Shown: positions 10,474 through 20,491, counted from the first letter of the stretch. The stretch is DNA of 24,171 nt from Octopus sinensis (GCF_006345805.1 NW_021836577.1:1-24171), one strand, 5' to 3'. Numbers and translations are program-made. Notes: generated from the letters alone by a model not told the origin.

Positions 10474-10754
10474 GGGAGAGGTTTTTTTTCTTTTTTTCTC
10501 AACTCTTTCAAAACGCGCTCAACCATCTTGTTGAGTTGTGTTTGTTTCAATTGAATTAAACGCCCACCGAACTTATTTGGTGGGCCCTAGAGGGGCTACA
10601 CAACAGTAGAAAACCAGTAACAGGTTCCTGGTGGTTATGTATTCAGCGGTGAATAATGATAGTAGTAATAGTAGTAGCAGTCGTAGTAGTAGTAATGATA
10701 ATAATAATAATAATTATTATTATTATAACGTTCTGAGAAGTAAAACAACAATAT

Positions 10755-11127
10755 CTATAGTCTTTTCTACTTTAGGCATAAGACCCGAAATTTTGGGGGA
10801 GGAGGCCAATCGAGACTTAATTCATCGACCCCCAAAGGATGAAAAACAAAGTTCACCTCGGCGGAATCTGAACTCAGAACGTAACGGCAGACGAAATACC
10901 TATTTCTCTATTACCCACAAGGGGCTAAACACAGAGGGGACAAACAAGGACAGACATAGTATTAAGTCGATATATCGACCCAGTGCGTAACTGGTACTTA
11001 ATTTATCGACCCGAAAGGATGAAAGGTAAAGTCGACCTCGGCGGAATTTGAACTCAGAACGTAAAGCAGACGAAATACCGCTAAGCATTTCGCTCGGCGT
11101 GCTAACGTTTCTGCCAGCCTGCCGCCA
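10755..11127 (-). mobile_element. SINE family C composite, second copy
   Basis: Same architecture as 7120-7481; junction gaaatac|ctatttc at 10899/10900. Confidence 0.85.
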
Positions 11128-11379
11128 GTGTCTGTAGTAACTGGTGCCTTGGGAATTGTAAGCTAAGATATAGATAAATGATGGAAGGAGATTGGAATAG
11201 AATGTCCTGTGGAGCATCTGTAGCAAATTTACGTCTTAGGGACAGAAGAGATTATCAAGAGAGAAGTAAACATTTGAAAGACTGTCGAAAGACTGTAGAT
11301 ACCTAAGGTTAGAGATTGTAACCCGCTACCCACATAAAGTCTACAGGAATAAAACAGAAACCGAGTCAAATGAGAATAG

Positions 11380-11380
<1 letters not shown>
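11128..11380 (+). mobile_element. R4/Dong-like LINE 3' end, older family
   Basis: VVTGALGIVS*DIDK*WKEIGIECPVEHL*QIYVLGTEEIIKR matches the C-terminus of RLE-type LINEs (P.VVGALG...LQK...LGTA.I.R); followed by (TAA)n. Confidence 0.75.
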
Positions 11381-11416
<36 letters not shown>

Positions 11417-11419
11417 TAA

Positions 11420-11745
11420 TATAGAAGAAGAAAAATGGAGAAACTCTCAAAATACAAAGACCTGGAAATAGAGGTAACTAGAATGTGGAATCTGAAAACA
11501 GAACAATTCCTATCATAGTAGGTGCATTGGCATGATAAAAAATATTCAGACAAATACATAACAAAAACCCAGGACTTACAAACAATATAACATACAGAAA
11601 ATTGCAATATAGGCACTGCACACATCCTACGCAGAAACTTTCCATACAATAACCATCAGAGGATCACAACAAATCACAGCACATACCAAGGCACACAGAG
11701 CTGCGCTCGGTAGTGAAGTGAAAGCACGCTATAAAAATAAAACTA

Positions 11746-11750
<5 letters not shown>
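11420..11750 (+). mobile_element. R4/Dong-like LINE 3' end, second family, flanked by (TAA)n on both sides
   Basis: EKLSKYKDLEIEVTRMWNLKTE / IPIIVGAL / IQKIA / GTAHILRR (with frameshifts) is the restriction-like endonuclease C-terminus. 3'UTR is followed by (TAA)n at 11748-11825. Confidence 0.85.
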
Positions 11751-11825
<75 letters not shown>

Positions 11826-12519
11826 TAATTAATGGCAGAAGAAGTTTTCGACGACTTATCGCCAACTGGCGTTAATCAATTAAATCTGAGTAGTTCTAAA
11901 CTTTATTTCATCGATCGACCGGTAACAGCTTGGATGATAAAGACCGCAGCCTTTGCTCCCAAGTTGAAGAGTATCAGCGCTAAAGATCGCAGGTTAAGAG
12001 TTTTACCTGTTCGGGTCAAATTTGAATATCAAATTTAATTATCACTTGTGTAAGAGATTAAATGAATTGTAGGTTGGATGGAATATGAATATGCTGTTCT
12101 TAAATGGGGTGGAGCTGTGGTAGTAGCGATAGTCTGGGGTGTGCTGTGGTGGTGGTGATGGTGGTATTGGTGGTGGTGGTGGTGGTTGGGGACGGTAAAT
12201 GCGTGAAAGTAGACAAGTTTTTAGCTGCTTCATTAACTTTGATTAATGAACTGGTTGTTGGAAAACTTGCACCAAGAAATCATATTTATCAATTCTTCTG
12301 CGTTAGCTTAATATATACCGAGTGTATATATTGATGTATACACACAAATTGTATAATATGTGTGTGTGCGTAAAGAGAGAGAGAGAGAGAGGAGAGAGAG
12401 AGAAAGAGAGCGAGGCACACTTATAAACATAAAAATACATGTATACAGTTAGGTAGGTAGACAGATATAATATATATAGATATATATAATATATTATATA
12501 TATATATATATATAATATG

Positions 12520-12706
12520 ATAGATCACTAGCCACTACACATCCTTTATTTTTCTCCCTGTTTCTTTCTGAGTTCCTTTCTGTGAAAGAGCGTAGGCTCG
12601 AAACGTAAAATACTTTCTCATTGCCCGAGCGTTAAACTAATAGATCTGTTTGTTGTCTACACCGCCTGTCTGTCTTTTGCTTTTTCTTTTTTTGCGAATT
12701 CTTCCT
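12520..12706 (+). mobile_element. Penelope-like terminal-repeat remnant containing a degenerate minimal hammerhead motif
   Basis: ttt-CTGTGAA-a-GAGC-gtag-GCTC-GAAAC-GTA-aaa at 12577-12610; the segment sits between (TA)n tracts. Confidence 0.5.
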
Positions 12707-13603
12707 ATATATACATACACACACACACACACACACACACACTATATATATATATATTATATATATATATATAGATATATATATTATACATATATATATA
12801 TATATACATATATATATACACACACATATACAATACACACATATATATATATGCATGTACGTAAGTATACATGCGTATATTTTCGTATAAATATATGTTT
12901 TACATGGATATATATATATATATATACATGCGTATGTGAGTGTGTGTGTGTGTATTCATACACAGTTTCACATTATATATATATATGGCAGAATGTTTTA
13001 GAAGTTCGTCTCTTAACCATGAGTTCGTAGTTCACCAAACGACGTACTCTCTGCGTACTCTCTTGCCACGTGTCGAGCCATAGATTGTGACAGAATTTGG
13101 AAAACTATATGGAAGCCCGTGAAATGGATTGCAGCTGGGATCCAAAAAGTGTGATGTTGTCACACACTGAATCACGCTGATTCTGGTTTGGAACTACGCC
13201 AAAAGACGTGTTTGTGGAATATCTCAGCCGTTTACACGTTAATTCAGAAACAGATAATTCAATTGTTTGAACGAACTATACACACCCACACACATACACA
13301 TACATACAGGCACGCACACACATACATACACGCACGCACACACATACACACTCACACACACATACACATGCATACACGCACACACGCACACACACTCAGA
13401 CACATACGTACACACACACTCACACACACACTCACACACACACACTCACACACACGGGCGCGCACACACACACTAACACACTCACACACTCACATACACA
13501 CAGTCCCACACACTCACATCACTCACTCATACGCGCACACACAGGCACTCACACACACACGTACAAGCACACACACTCACACAGACATACATACAAACAC
13601 ATA
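12707..13603. repeat. (TA)/(CA) compound microsatellites with an intervening degenerate SINE-like remnant (~12985-13130)
   Basis: Direct inspection; ttgtgacagaatttgg...ggaagcccgt weakly matches family A. Confidence 0.8.
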
Positions 13604-13869
13604 GCTGTAATAATGAAGTTAGACTAAATTGTGATATTTTGAAACCATTTAGTATGTGCGTCCGGTTTGCGTAATGTCTAATAGGAAATGCACCCACTAC
13701 GTTATACCTTCCTCAGTTAAGGCATCACTTATGCAGATACTGTAACAATGGTTTGGAAAAGTTTGTTACATTCGGCTCGAGTCGAAAATTCTGGTACCGG
13801 ACACCGCTTCTCAGCGTCACACCAAATATATGAATATATATATATATATGTGTGCGTGTGTGTGTGTGT

Positions 13870-13916
<47 letters not shown>

Positions 13917-14820
13917 ATATCAGCAACGGCAGCGACTCCAGGAATAACACTTGCAGTGACAACAGCAAAGACATCAGGCCAGGTGTTAACGTAAGAAACA
14001 ACATCAGCGCTGTGGCATATCCAGTGCGCAGACACAGAAATATGTCGGTTGACCCGGGGATGGAGCTCTTTTAAGCAGCGTCTGAACCACCTGGAACATA
14101 TACAAACGGAGTAGATAATGTATTTTTTATTTGGCAGAAAGAGCAAGTATCCTGAAATACTCGCTGGACCTGGGATCCTTTTTAAATTCCAAGAAAGAAG
14201 CATGTAGTCAATGTCCACATCTGAGACGTCTCTAGTTATAAGCTTGGAATTCTCCATTCGTCGAATAGAACCAAGACAGCATTTCTGAAGATCGACACGA
14301 ATGGCACCTATGTAAGGGAGATAACTGCATCCCGCCTGAAGCACCACCTGCACGGACATTCCGGCTGTACATTTGTCTTTGGCTACAAAACTGATTGATC
14401 ATGGCGTTTTTCTCTATCCAGTTGTAGAGAGATTATTTGCCTAGGGCCGTTTGAGCCAGGCAAGTCGCCTATACGGCCGAATGCTTTATAGGTGCGAAAC
14501 TAATTGTCATTCTTTAACCAGCCATAACAATCAACTTCCTAAAAATTACTGTTCTAATGTTCTAGAGTATGCTACCCAGAAACAATCAAAACGAAGCGGA
14601 GTACAGCACCATGTGATTTCCATAAGAAAAACGCGAACTTCCAGGGCTAATATGAAAGATTAATTGAATTCATTTTATTTTTCCTTCTCTTTCAGCATGA
14701 TTAAGCTGTCTTCTTCATGCGATTGAAACCTGTAGCTGCTTGTTTCAAAATAGAGACATTGTTTCACTTTTTGCCATGGTAATGTCTTCAAAACATTTTC
14801 TTATCTTTATCTTTACAAAC

Positions 14821-14853
<33 letters not shown>

Positions 14854-14898
14854 TTGTGTGTGTTGTGTGTGTGGTGTGGTGTGTGTGTGTGTGTGTGT

Positions 14899-15294
14899 TT
14901 TTATCGTTTACTTGTTTCAGTAATGAGATTGTGGCCATGCTGAAGCATCTCCTTGAAGAGTTTTAGTTGAACGATTCGTCACCAGAATAAATCCGGTACT
15001 TATTCTATCGGTTCCTTCCGCCGATCCGCCAAGTTACGGGAATGTAAACAAACCAATATCGATTGTCAAGCGATGTAGATGGGACAAACACAAAGACACA
15101 CGTACATAGACGTATACATGTACATATATACAACGATCTTCCTTCAGTTTTCAGCTATCAAATCCACCCACAAGACTTTGGTCAGCCTGGGGCTATAGTA
15201 GAAGACACTTGCCCAAGGTACCGCGGAGTGAGGCTGAACCTAGACTCATGTGGCCGAGAAGCAAACATCTTACCACACAGCCACGCCTGCGCCT
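14899..15294 (-). mobile_element. SINE family A, full-length, diverged
   Basis: rc of 19828-20300 pattern: ttacttgtttcagt...ggccatgctg...tacttattctatcgg...ttgtcaagcg...ggctatagtagaagacacttgcccaagg...ttaccacacagccac. Confidence 0.9.
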
Positions 15295-15311
15295 CTGAGT
15301 TTGCGTGGTGT

Positions 15312-15369
<58 letters not shown>

Positions 15370-15388
15370 CGTGCGTGTGCGTGTATTC

Positions 15389-15540
15389 ACTCTTACTCTT
15401 ACTCTTACTCTTACTTGTTTCAGTCATTTGACTGCGGCCATGCTGGAGCACCGCCTTTAGTCGAGCAAATCGACCCCGGGACTTATTCTTTGTAAGCCCA
15501 GTACTTATTCTATCGGTCTCTTTTGCCGAACCGCTAAGTG
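15389..15540 (-). mobile_element. SINE family A 3' fragment with (AAGAGT)n tail
   Basis: Matches 17466-17593 closely; truncated at 15540. Confidence 0.9.
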
Positions 15541-17290
15541 AATTTTATATATGTCTGAGGCGGGGGTCTGTTATTTCTCCATTTTAGAACTGCTGAGATT
15601 AAGGTAGAAATTGAACAGAAGACCTCTTCATTGAAAAACAAAAACTAGGCTACAGTATTGACCACGTCTCTGGTAGTCCTGCAAACATAACTATTTCATA
15701 TTAAAGAGACAGAAAAGAAGAAAAAGAAGCAAGTCCGGTGATTTGTTGTTTTTCTATCTTTTTTTTTTTTTGTATATTTTATTTACTTTGGTTGGTTTGA
15801 TAATCCGAAAATGTTGACATTTTGGATTAACATGTAATGATTGCTTGGATAGATTCTGAATAGATACAGGACAGAAGCCGACAAATGATAAACATGCCCA
15901 TTGATCAAATATAGATTTATGGTGTTGGAGCATGCTTATAGTTTATGAATCTTTAGATACAATTTATTATGGAATGTTGGAAAATCAGAAAATCTTGTTT
16001 GACCTTGTAACAAAGGAGCCGCTAGGCCATTAGCATATAAAACACAAACCTGAAAGCATTAGTATTCAGCTGCGACAGCAAAACCATTAGCTTTAGTTTA
16101 ATCAGAAGCGGAGCGCGAGCGAGTGATAGAGAGAGAGTAAGAGAGAGAGAGAGAGAGAGATTAAAGGAATAGAAATACAGGGAGACATTTGACTTGACCC
16201 AAGAACTCAATTATCTTACAAATGGGTAGTCAGCACTTTTATGTACCATTTGCTATCATTCCCTAAAGATTGATAACGAGATAACACCGAAGAAATGACT
16301 TGTCTACAACCTGAAATATAAAGATTTTCGGTTTTGATTAAATGACAAGAACAACTAGCTAAAACACATTTGCGTTTCTAATGAAAGGCATCTATAGAGC
16401 GGTGTAAATTAACTCTATAAAGTAGCCAGTTAGAATTTCTACCGTTCTTTCGTAAGGAAAGTCCAAAAGTTCTTCATTCATTTCTGCATATGTTATTTGC
16501 ATCAGTAAAGTTCAAATGGACACAATCAGTTCTTTATTCAGATTCGTAAAGTTGATGGTGGTATCGGTAATGGTGGTGGTGGTGGTGGTGGTGGAATCGG
16601 CGGCGGCGGCGTTGATATTGGTAAGGGAAGTGCTGCTTCAGTGAAAGTATCCATGTTCAGGAATATCTGTCTCCCCACCACCACTACAACCACTTCTACC
16701 GTTTTTCCTTTCTTCTTTTGGTCTTTTAATAATTATTAAGATCCTGAATTGCCCTCTCTCTCTCTCTTCTTCTTCTTCTTCTTCTTCCCTCTCCCCTTAT
16801 CTCTCTTCCTTCTCCCTTTTCTCTCAGAACCATATCGAATTCCAAACCTTCTATGCTATGATGTCATAACGACTCTAAAAGAAAACTGGAATGGTTTCTC
16901 ATTTCAATTTCTTGGTAAGCATGAAAGCTTCTGTTTATATCTTATTTTAATCGAAAGCGATGCTGATGTTGTGATATTCATGCTTTTCCCTGAAATAGTT
17001 ATGGGCAACCAGCGACCGGCAGGACTTTCTGAATGGCACGCCGAAATGGAAAATTATTCGAACCTTTTTAGTAAAGCGGCTCATCTAATTGTGAGCTATG
17101 TCTCATGCGGCCCGTTTCTCGGAAAACGTTACTCGTGCCTACTCGAAGACATTAAAGTAGGGGAGTAAGATAAAATATCTACAACCAGAAGCCACAGCTT
17201 GATAGAAAACAAACCAGAGAAGCAACCCCTATGTGGTCACATAAGCCGCAAAAAATAACAGCTAAATCTTTCTCAAACCACATTCTACAC

Positions 17291-17991
17291 TAGTGGTTCT
17301 CAACTTGGTGGGGGTCTATATGAACCTTGTGGTGGGGGGAGAGGTCTACATAAGATTTTGCAGTTAAGATTTATGTGGAGCAAATTGTTTATTACTTCAA
17401 CGATACATAAAATATTTTAATTTTTTTTAATACAATTCTTTAGAATTTTATTCTTTTATTCTTTTACTTGTTTCAGTCATTTGACTGCGGTCATGCTGGA
17501 GCACCGCTTTTTAGTCGAGGAAATCGACCCCAGGACTTATTCTTTGTAAGCCTAGTACTTATTCTCTCAGTCTCTTTTGCCGAACCGCTAAGTTACGAGA
17601 GCGTAAACACACCAGCATTGGTTATCAAGCGATGTTGGAGGGACAAACACAGGCACACAAACATATATACACACACATATATACATATATACATATATAT
17701 ACGACGAGATTCTTTCAGTTTCCGTCCACCAAATCCACTCCCAAGGCTTTGGTCGGTCCGAGGCTATAGTAGAAGACACTTGCCCAAGGTACTATGCAGT
17801 GGAACTGAACCTGGAACCATGTGGTTGGTAAGCAAGGCTACTTAACACACAGCCACTCCTGCACTTATATTTAATTATAAAAATATAATGGGATTTTTTT
17901 TAACATCGAATGTTAATTAGGGTCCAGTAGAGTAAAAGAGGGATCAATGGAGTCTATGGACAAAAAATGGTTAAAAACCAAAGAACCCCTG
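17291..17991. mobile_element. hAT (Charlie-like) MITE interrupted by SINE A
   Basis: TIR-like ends tagtggttctcaac / agaacccctg. The 8-bp flanks ttctacac (17283-17290) and atatacac (17992-17999) match at 6/8, consistent with a decayed 8-bp TSD. Confidence 0.7.
17446..17864 (-). mobile_element. SINE family A, full-length, nested in hAT MITE
   Basis: Reverse complement of the 19828-20300 structure with (AATAAAAG)n tail. Confidence 0.92.
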
Positions 17992-17999
17992 ATATACAC

Positions 18000-18674
18000 T
18001 AACGGTTCTCAACTGCGGCTCCCAGGGCCGCATGCAACAGTCAAGCGTCCTACCAGCAGCCCCCAATGTTTTTCCCCTATAAATATAATAGACTTTTCTT
18101 TAACTCACTCATGTTGCCCGTGTCTCCTAAAAGACTTCTTTTGGTGCGGCCCCCTAAAAAAATCAAGGTTTTGCATCTTTAATTCACATGTGTTATCCTT
18201 GCCCACTAAAAAAACTTCTTTTGGTGCGGCGCCCTAAAATATCCAGGTTTTGAATTTTTAATTCACTCGTATTGCCCGAGCCCCCTAAAAGAACTTCTTT
18301 GGTGCGGCCCCCTAAAATATCCAAGTTTTGGATTTTTAATTCACTCGTATTGCCCGAGCCCCTTAAAAGAACTTCTTTTGGTGCAACCCCCTAAAAAATC
18401 CAGGTTTTGAATTTTTAATTCACTCGTATTGCCCGAGTCCCCTAAAAGAACTTCTTTTGGTGTGGCCCCCTACAAGATCCACGTTTTGGATCTTTAATTC
18501 TCATTGTTGCCCTTACCCTCTAAAAAACTTCTATTGGTGCGGGCCCCCCAAAAATCCAGGTTTCGGATCTTTAATTCACTCGTGTTGCCCCCCCTAAAAC
18601 AACTTTTTTTTAGAGCGGCTCCCCCCAAAATTCCAGGTTTTAGATCTGGATATCAAAACGATTGAGAAGCGCGG
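18000..18674. mobile_element. Second hAT-type MITE carrying an internal tandem array
   Basis: Ends taacggttctcaac and attgagaagcgcgg are imperfect inverted repeats; subterminal tgcggc/gggccgca motifs; no clear TSD. Confidence 0.55.
18090..18650. repeat. Minisatellite, ~7 units of 77-80 bp
   Basis: acttcttttggtgcggccccctaaaa...ccaggttttg...ttaattcactcgt.ttgccc...cctaaaa recurs at ~18132, 18212, 18291, 18369, 18448, 18525 and 18600. Confidence 0.93.
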
Positions 18675-19216
18675 CCCAAGAAAATACTACATATATGTCT
18701 GAATAAAAGCTTTGGCACATAGCGGTAATATCTTTGACCATAGACTGCTGGAACAGGACTGACCAAGATGGTAGATATATATCTTGCCAGGAGAGACTGA
18801 CACGTAGAAAATTACTGGTATTGTAACGCCAGTGCTTTCAATAAATTCATCGTTTTAACATCTACTTTTCCGTCCCTTGATGGGTCAGTCGAAAGTAAGT
18901 TGGGGCTGAATTCTGAAGATTCAGAAAAATTATATTACCTACATATAAGAAGGATGACCACTAAATGGACATCCATTATGCTAGAGATAGACCCCATATC
19001 GTCTGACCACTAAGAAAAGATTGTTCTCAAGAAAATTCAGCAAACGCAGGAATCTTTATATTTTGTACAAGATGTGTAGATCTTTGGCTGGGCTAAAAAG
19101 TCACATTTGATCACAGCACCAGTAACAGTTAAGCTTCGTGCAATGGCCATACTCGATAACGAGGGGGCAGCCATAATATATGTTTGTATGAATATAGCTG
19201 TGTATGTATATCACCA

Positions 19217-19470
19217 TAGAATGAAAGCATGGAAAAACAAACATGTATCGGCTTTGTTAGTGCCATTTAAGTATTTAACCAAAATTGTTGAGTTGTTACA
19301 ATGGAGGAGCAGATCATATGAAATAAGGAAGTAAGCGAGTGTGACACCGTCTCACTTCCTTTATTTCATATGATCCATTCCGTTCTAACGACTCAGTCAT
19401 TATATTTAAATACATAAGTTCCAATATCTGAGCCGACACCAATCGTTTCCCTGCTCATGCATTCATTCTA
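19217..19470. repeat. Long imperfect palindrome (foldback / hairpin MITE)
   Basis: Inner arms gatcatatgaaataaggaagt (19312-19332) and acttcctttatttcatatgatc (19354-19375). Outer matches: tgagttgttacaatgga/tccgttctaacgactca, gtatttaa/ttaaatac, tcggct/agccga, tagaatgaaagcatg/catgcattcattcta. Confidence 0.88.
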
Positions 19471-19827
19471 CTCTACACGTAACCTACTCCATATTAGACC
19501 GCTAATAAGCATTCGTTGCTTAGCACCTGTCGTATCACTGCTTTCTGCTTTAGATGCAGTTCAAGTCTGAGTCTTTGGTGGTGAATCGACTTGAGCACTT
19601 ATTGTATATATCCATAACGTTACTTTATTAGACAGAATATTACCTAAGCTCTCTGTATACCCCTCTCTCTTATATATATATATGTGTATGTGTGTGTGTT
19701 TGTGTGTGTATGTGTGTATGTGTGTGTGTGTGTGTGCATATGCATCAGTATATAAACATATATGAGTATATATCTGTATATGTATTTTGTATATCTTTAC
19801 AAGTATGTGTATGTGTGTGTGTGTATA

Positions 19828-19989
19828 GGAGTGGCTGTGTGGTAAGTAGCTTGCTTACCAACTTACAAACCATATGGTTCTAGGTTCAGTCCCACTGCGT
19901 GGCAGCTTGATCAAGTGTCTTCTACTATAGCCTCGGGTTGACCAAAGCCATGTGAGTGAATTTGGCAGACGGAAACAAAAAAAAGCCCG

Positions 19990-20077
<88 letters not shown>

Positions 20078-20300
20078 GTATGTGCATATATATGTGTGTC
20101 TGTGTTTGTCTGCCCAACATCACTTGACAACCGATGCTGGTTTGTTTCCGTCCCTGTAACTTAGCGTTTTGGCAAAAGAGAAGGATAGAATAAGTACTAG
20201 GCTTACAAAGAATAAGTCTTGGGGTCGATTTTCTCTACTAAAGGTGATGCTCCAGCATGGCTGCAGTCACATGACTGAAACAAGTAAAAGAATAAAAGAA
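19828..20300 (+). mobile_element. SINE family A, full-length
   Basis: Head ggagTGGCTGTGTGG (A-box-like)...GGTTCAGTCCC (B-box-like), internal (TA)n at 19994-20095, tail aagtaaaagaataaaagaa. Confidence 0.93.
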
Positions 20301-20491
20301 TATATATATATATTAATGTATATGTGTGTATATATAGGCACGTCTATATATATATGTGTGTGTTTATATATAGGTATAGTAATATATGTGCGTGTATACA
20401 TGAATATTTGTGTATGTATATTTGTATATATGTTTTTATACATGCATGTATTTGTGCATATGAATCCATGTTTGTATGTATGTGTGTGTGT

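Larger units (their letters stand above)
7851..10650 (-). mobile_element. Internally deleted L1/Tx1-clade LINE (putative 5'UTR, ORF1-like frame, ORF2 C-terminus, 3'UTR; no EN/RT)
   Basis: On the minus strand: putative 5'UTR ~10650-10474, ORF1-like 10473-9060, ORF2 C-terminus ~9035-8078, then 3'UTR ending gccAATAAAtgaa + (ATA)n. That these parts form one element is inferred from their order and orientation. Confidence 0.65.

Noticed and set aside
7606-10634. 13-bp inverted match ccaccaggaacct (7606-7618) / aggttcctggtgg (10622-10634) as TIRs
   Set aside because: The left copy is internal to a LINE 3'UTR that also occurs at ~700, and a 13-mer match in 24 kb is expected by chance.
11832-12038. 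68-aa ORF MAEEVFDDLSPTG...
   Set aside because: No recognisable motif, no convincing splice or promoter context, and the length is within chance expectation.
13741-13830. Short inverted repeat tgtaacaa/ttgttaca and a PBS-like TGGTG on the minus strand
   Set aside because: No LTR pair or gag/pol sequence to support an LTR element; 8-bp arms are not significant.
16555-16625. Gly-rich exon ending at G|GTAAGG
   Set aside because: Explained by a (GGT)/(GGC) microsatellite of the kind seen elsewhere in the window; no strong acceptor.
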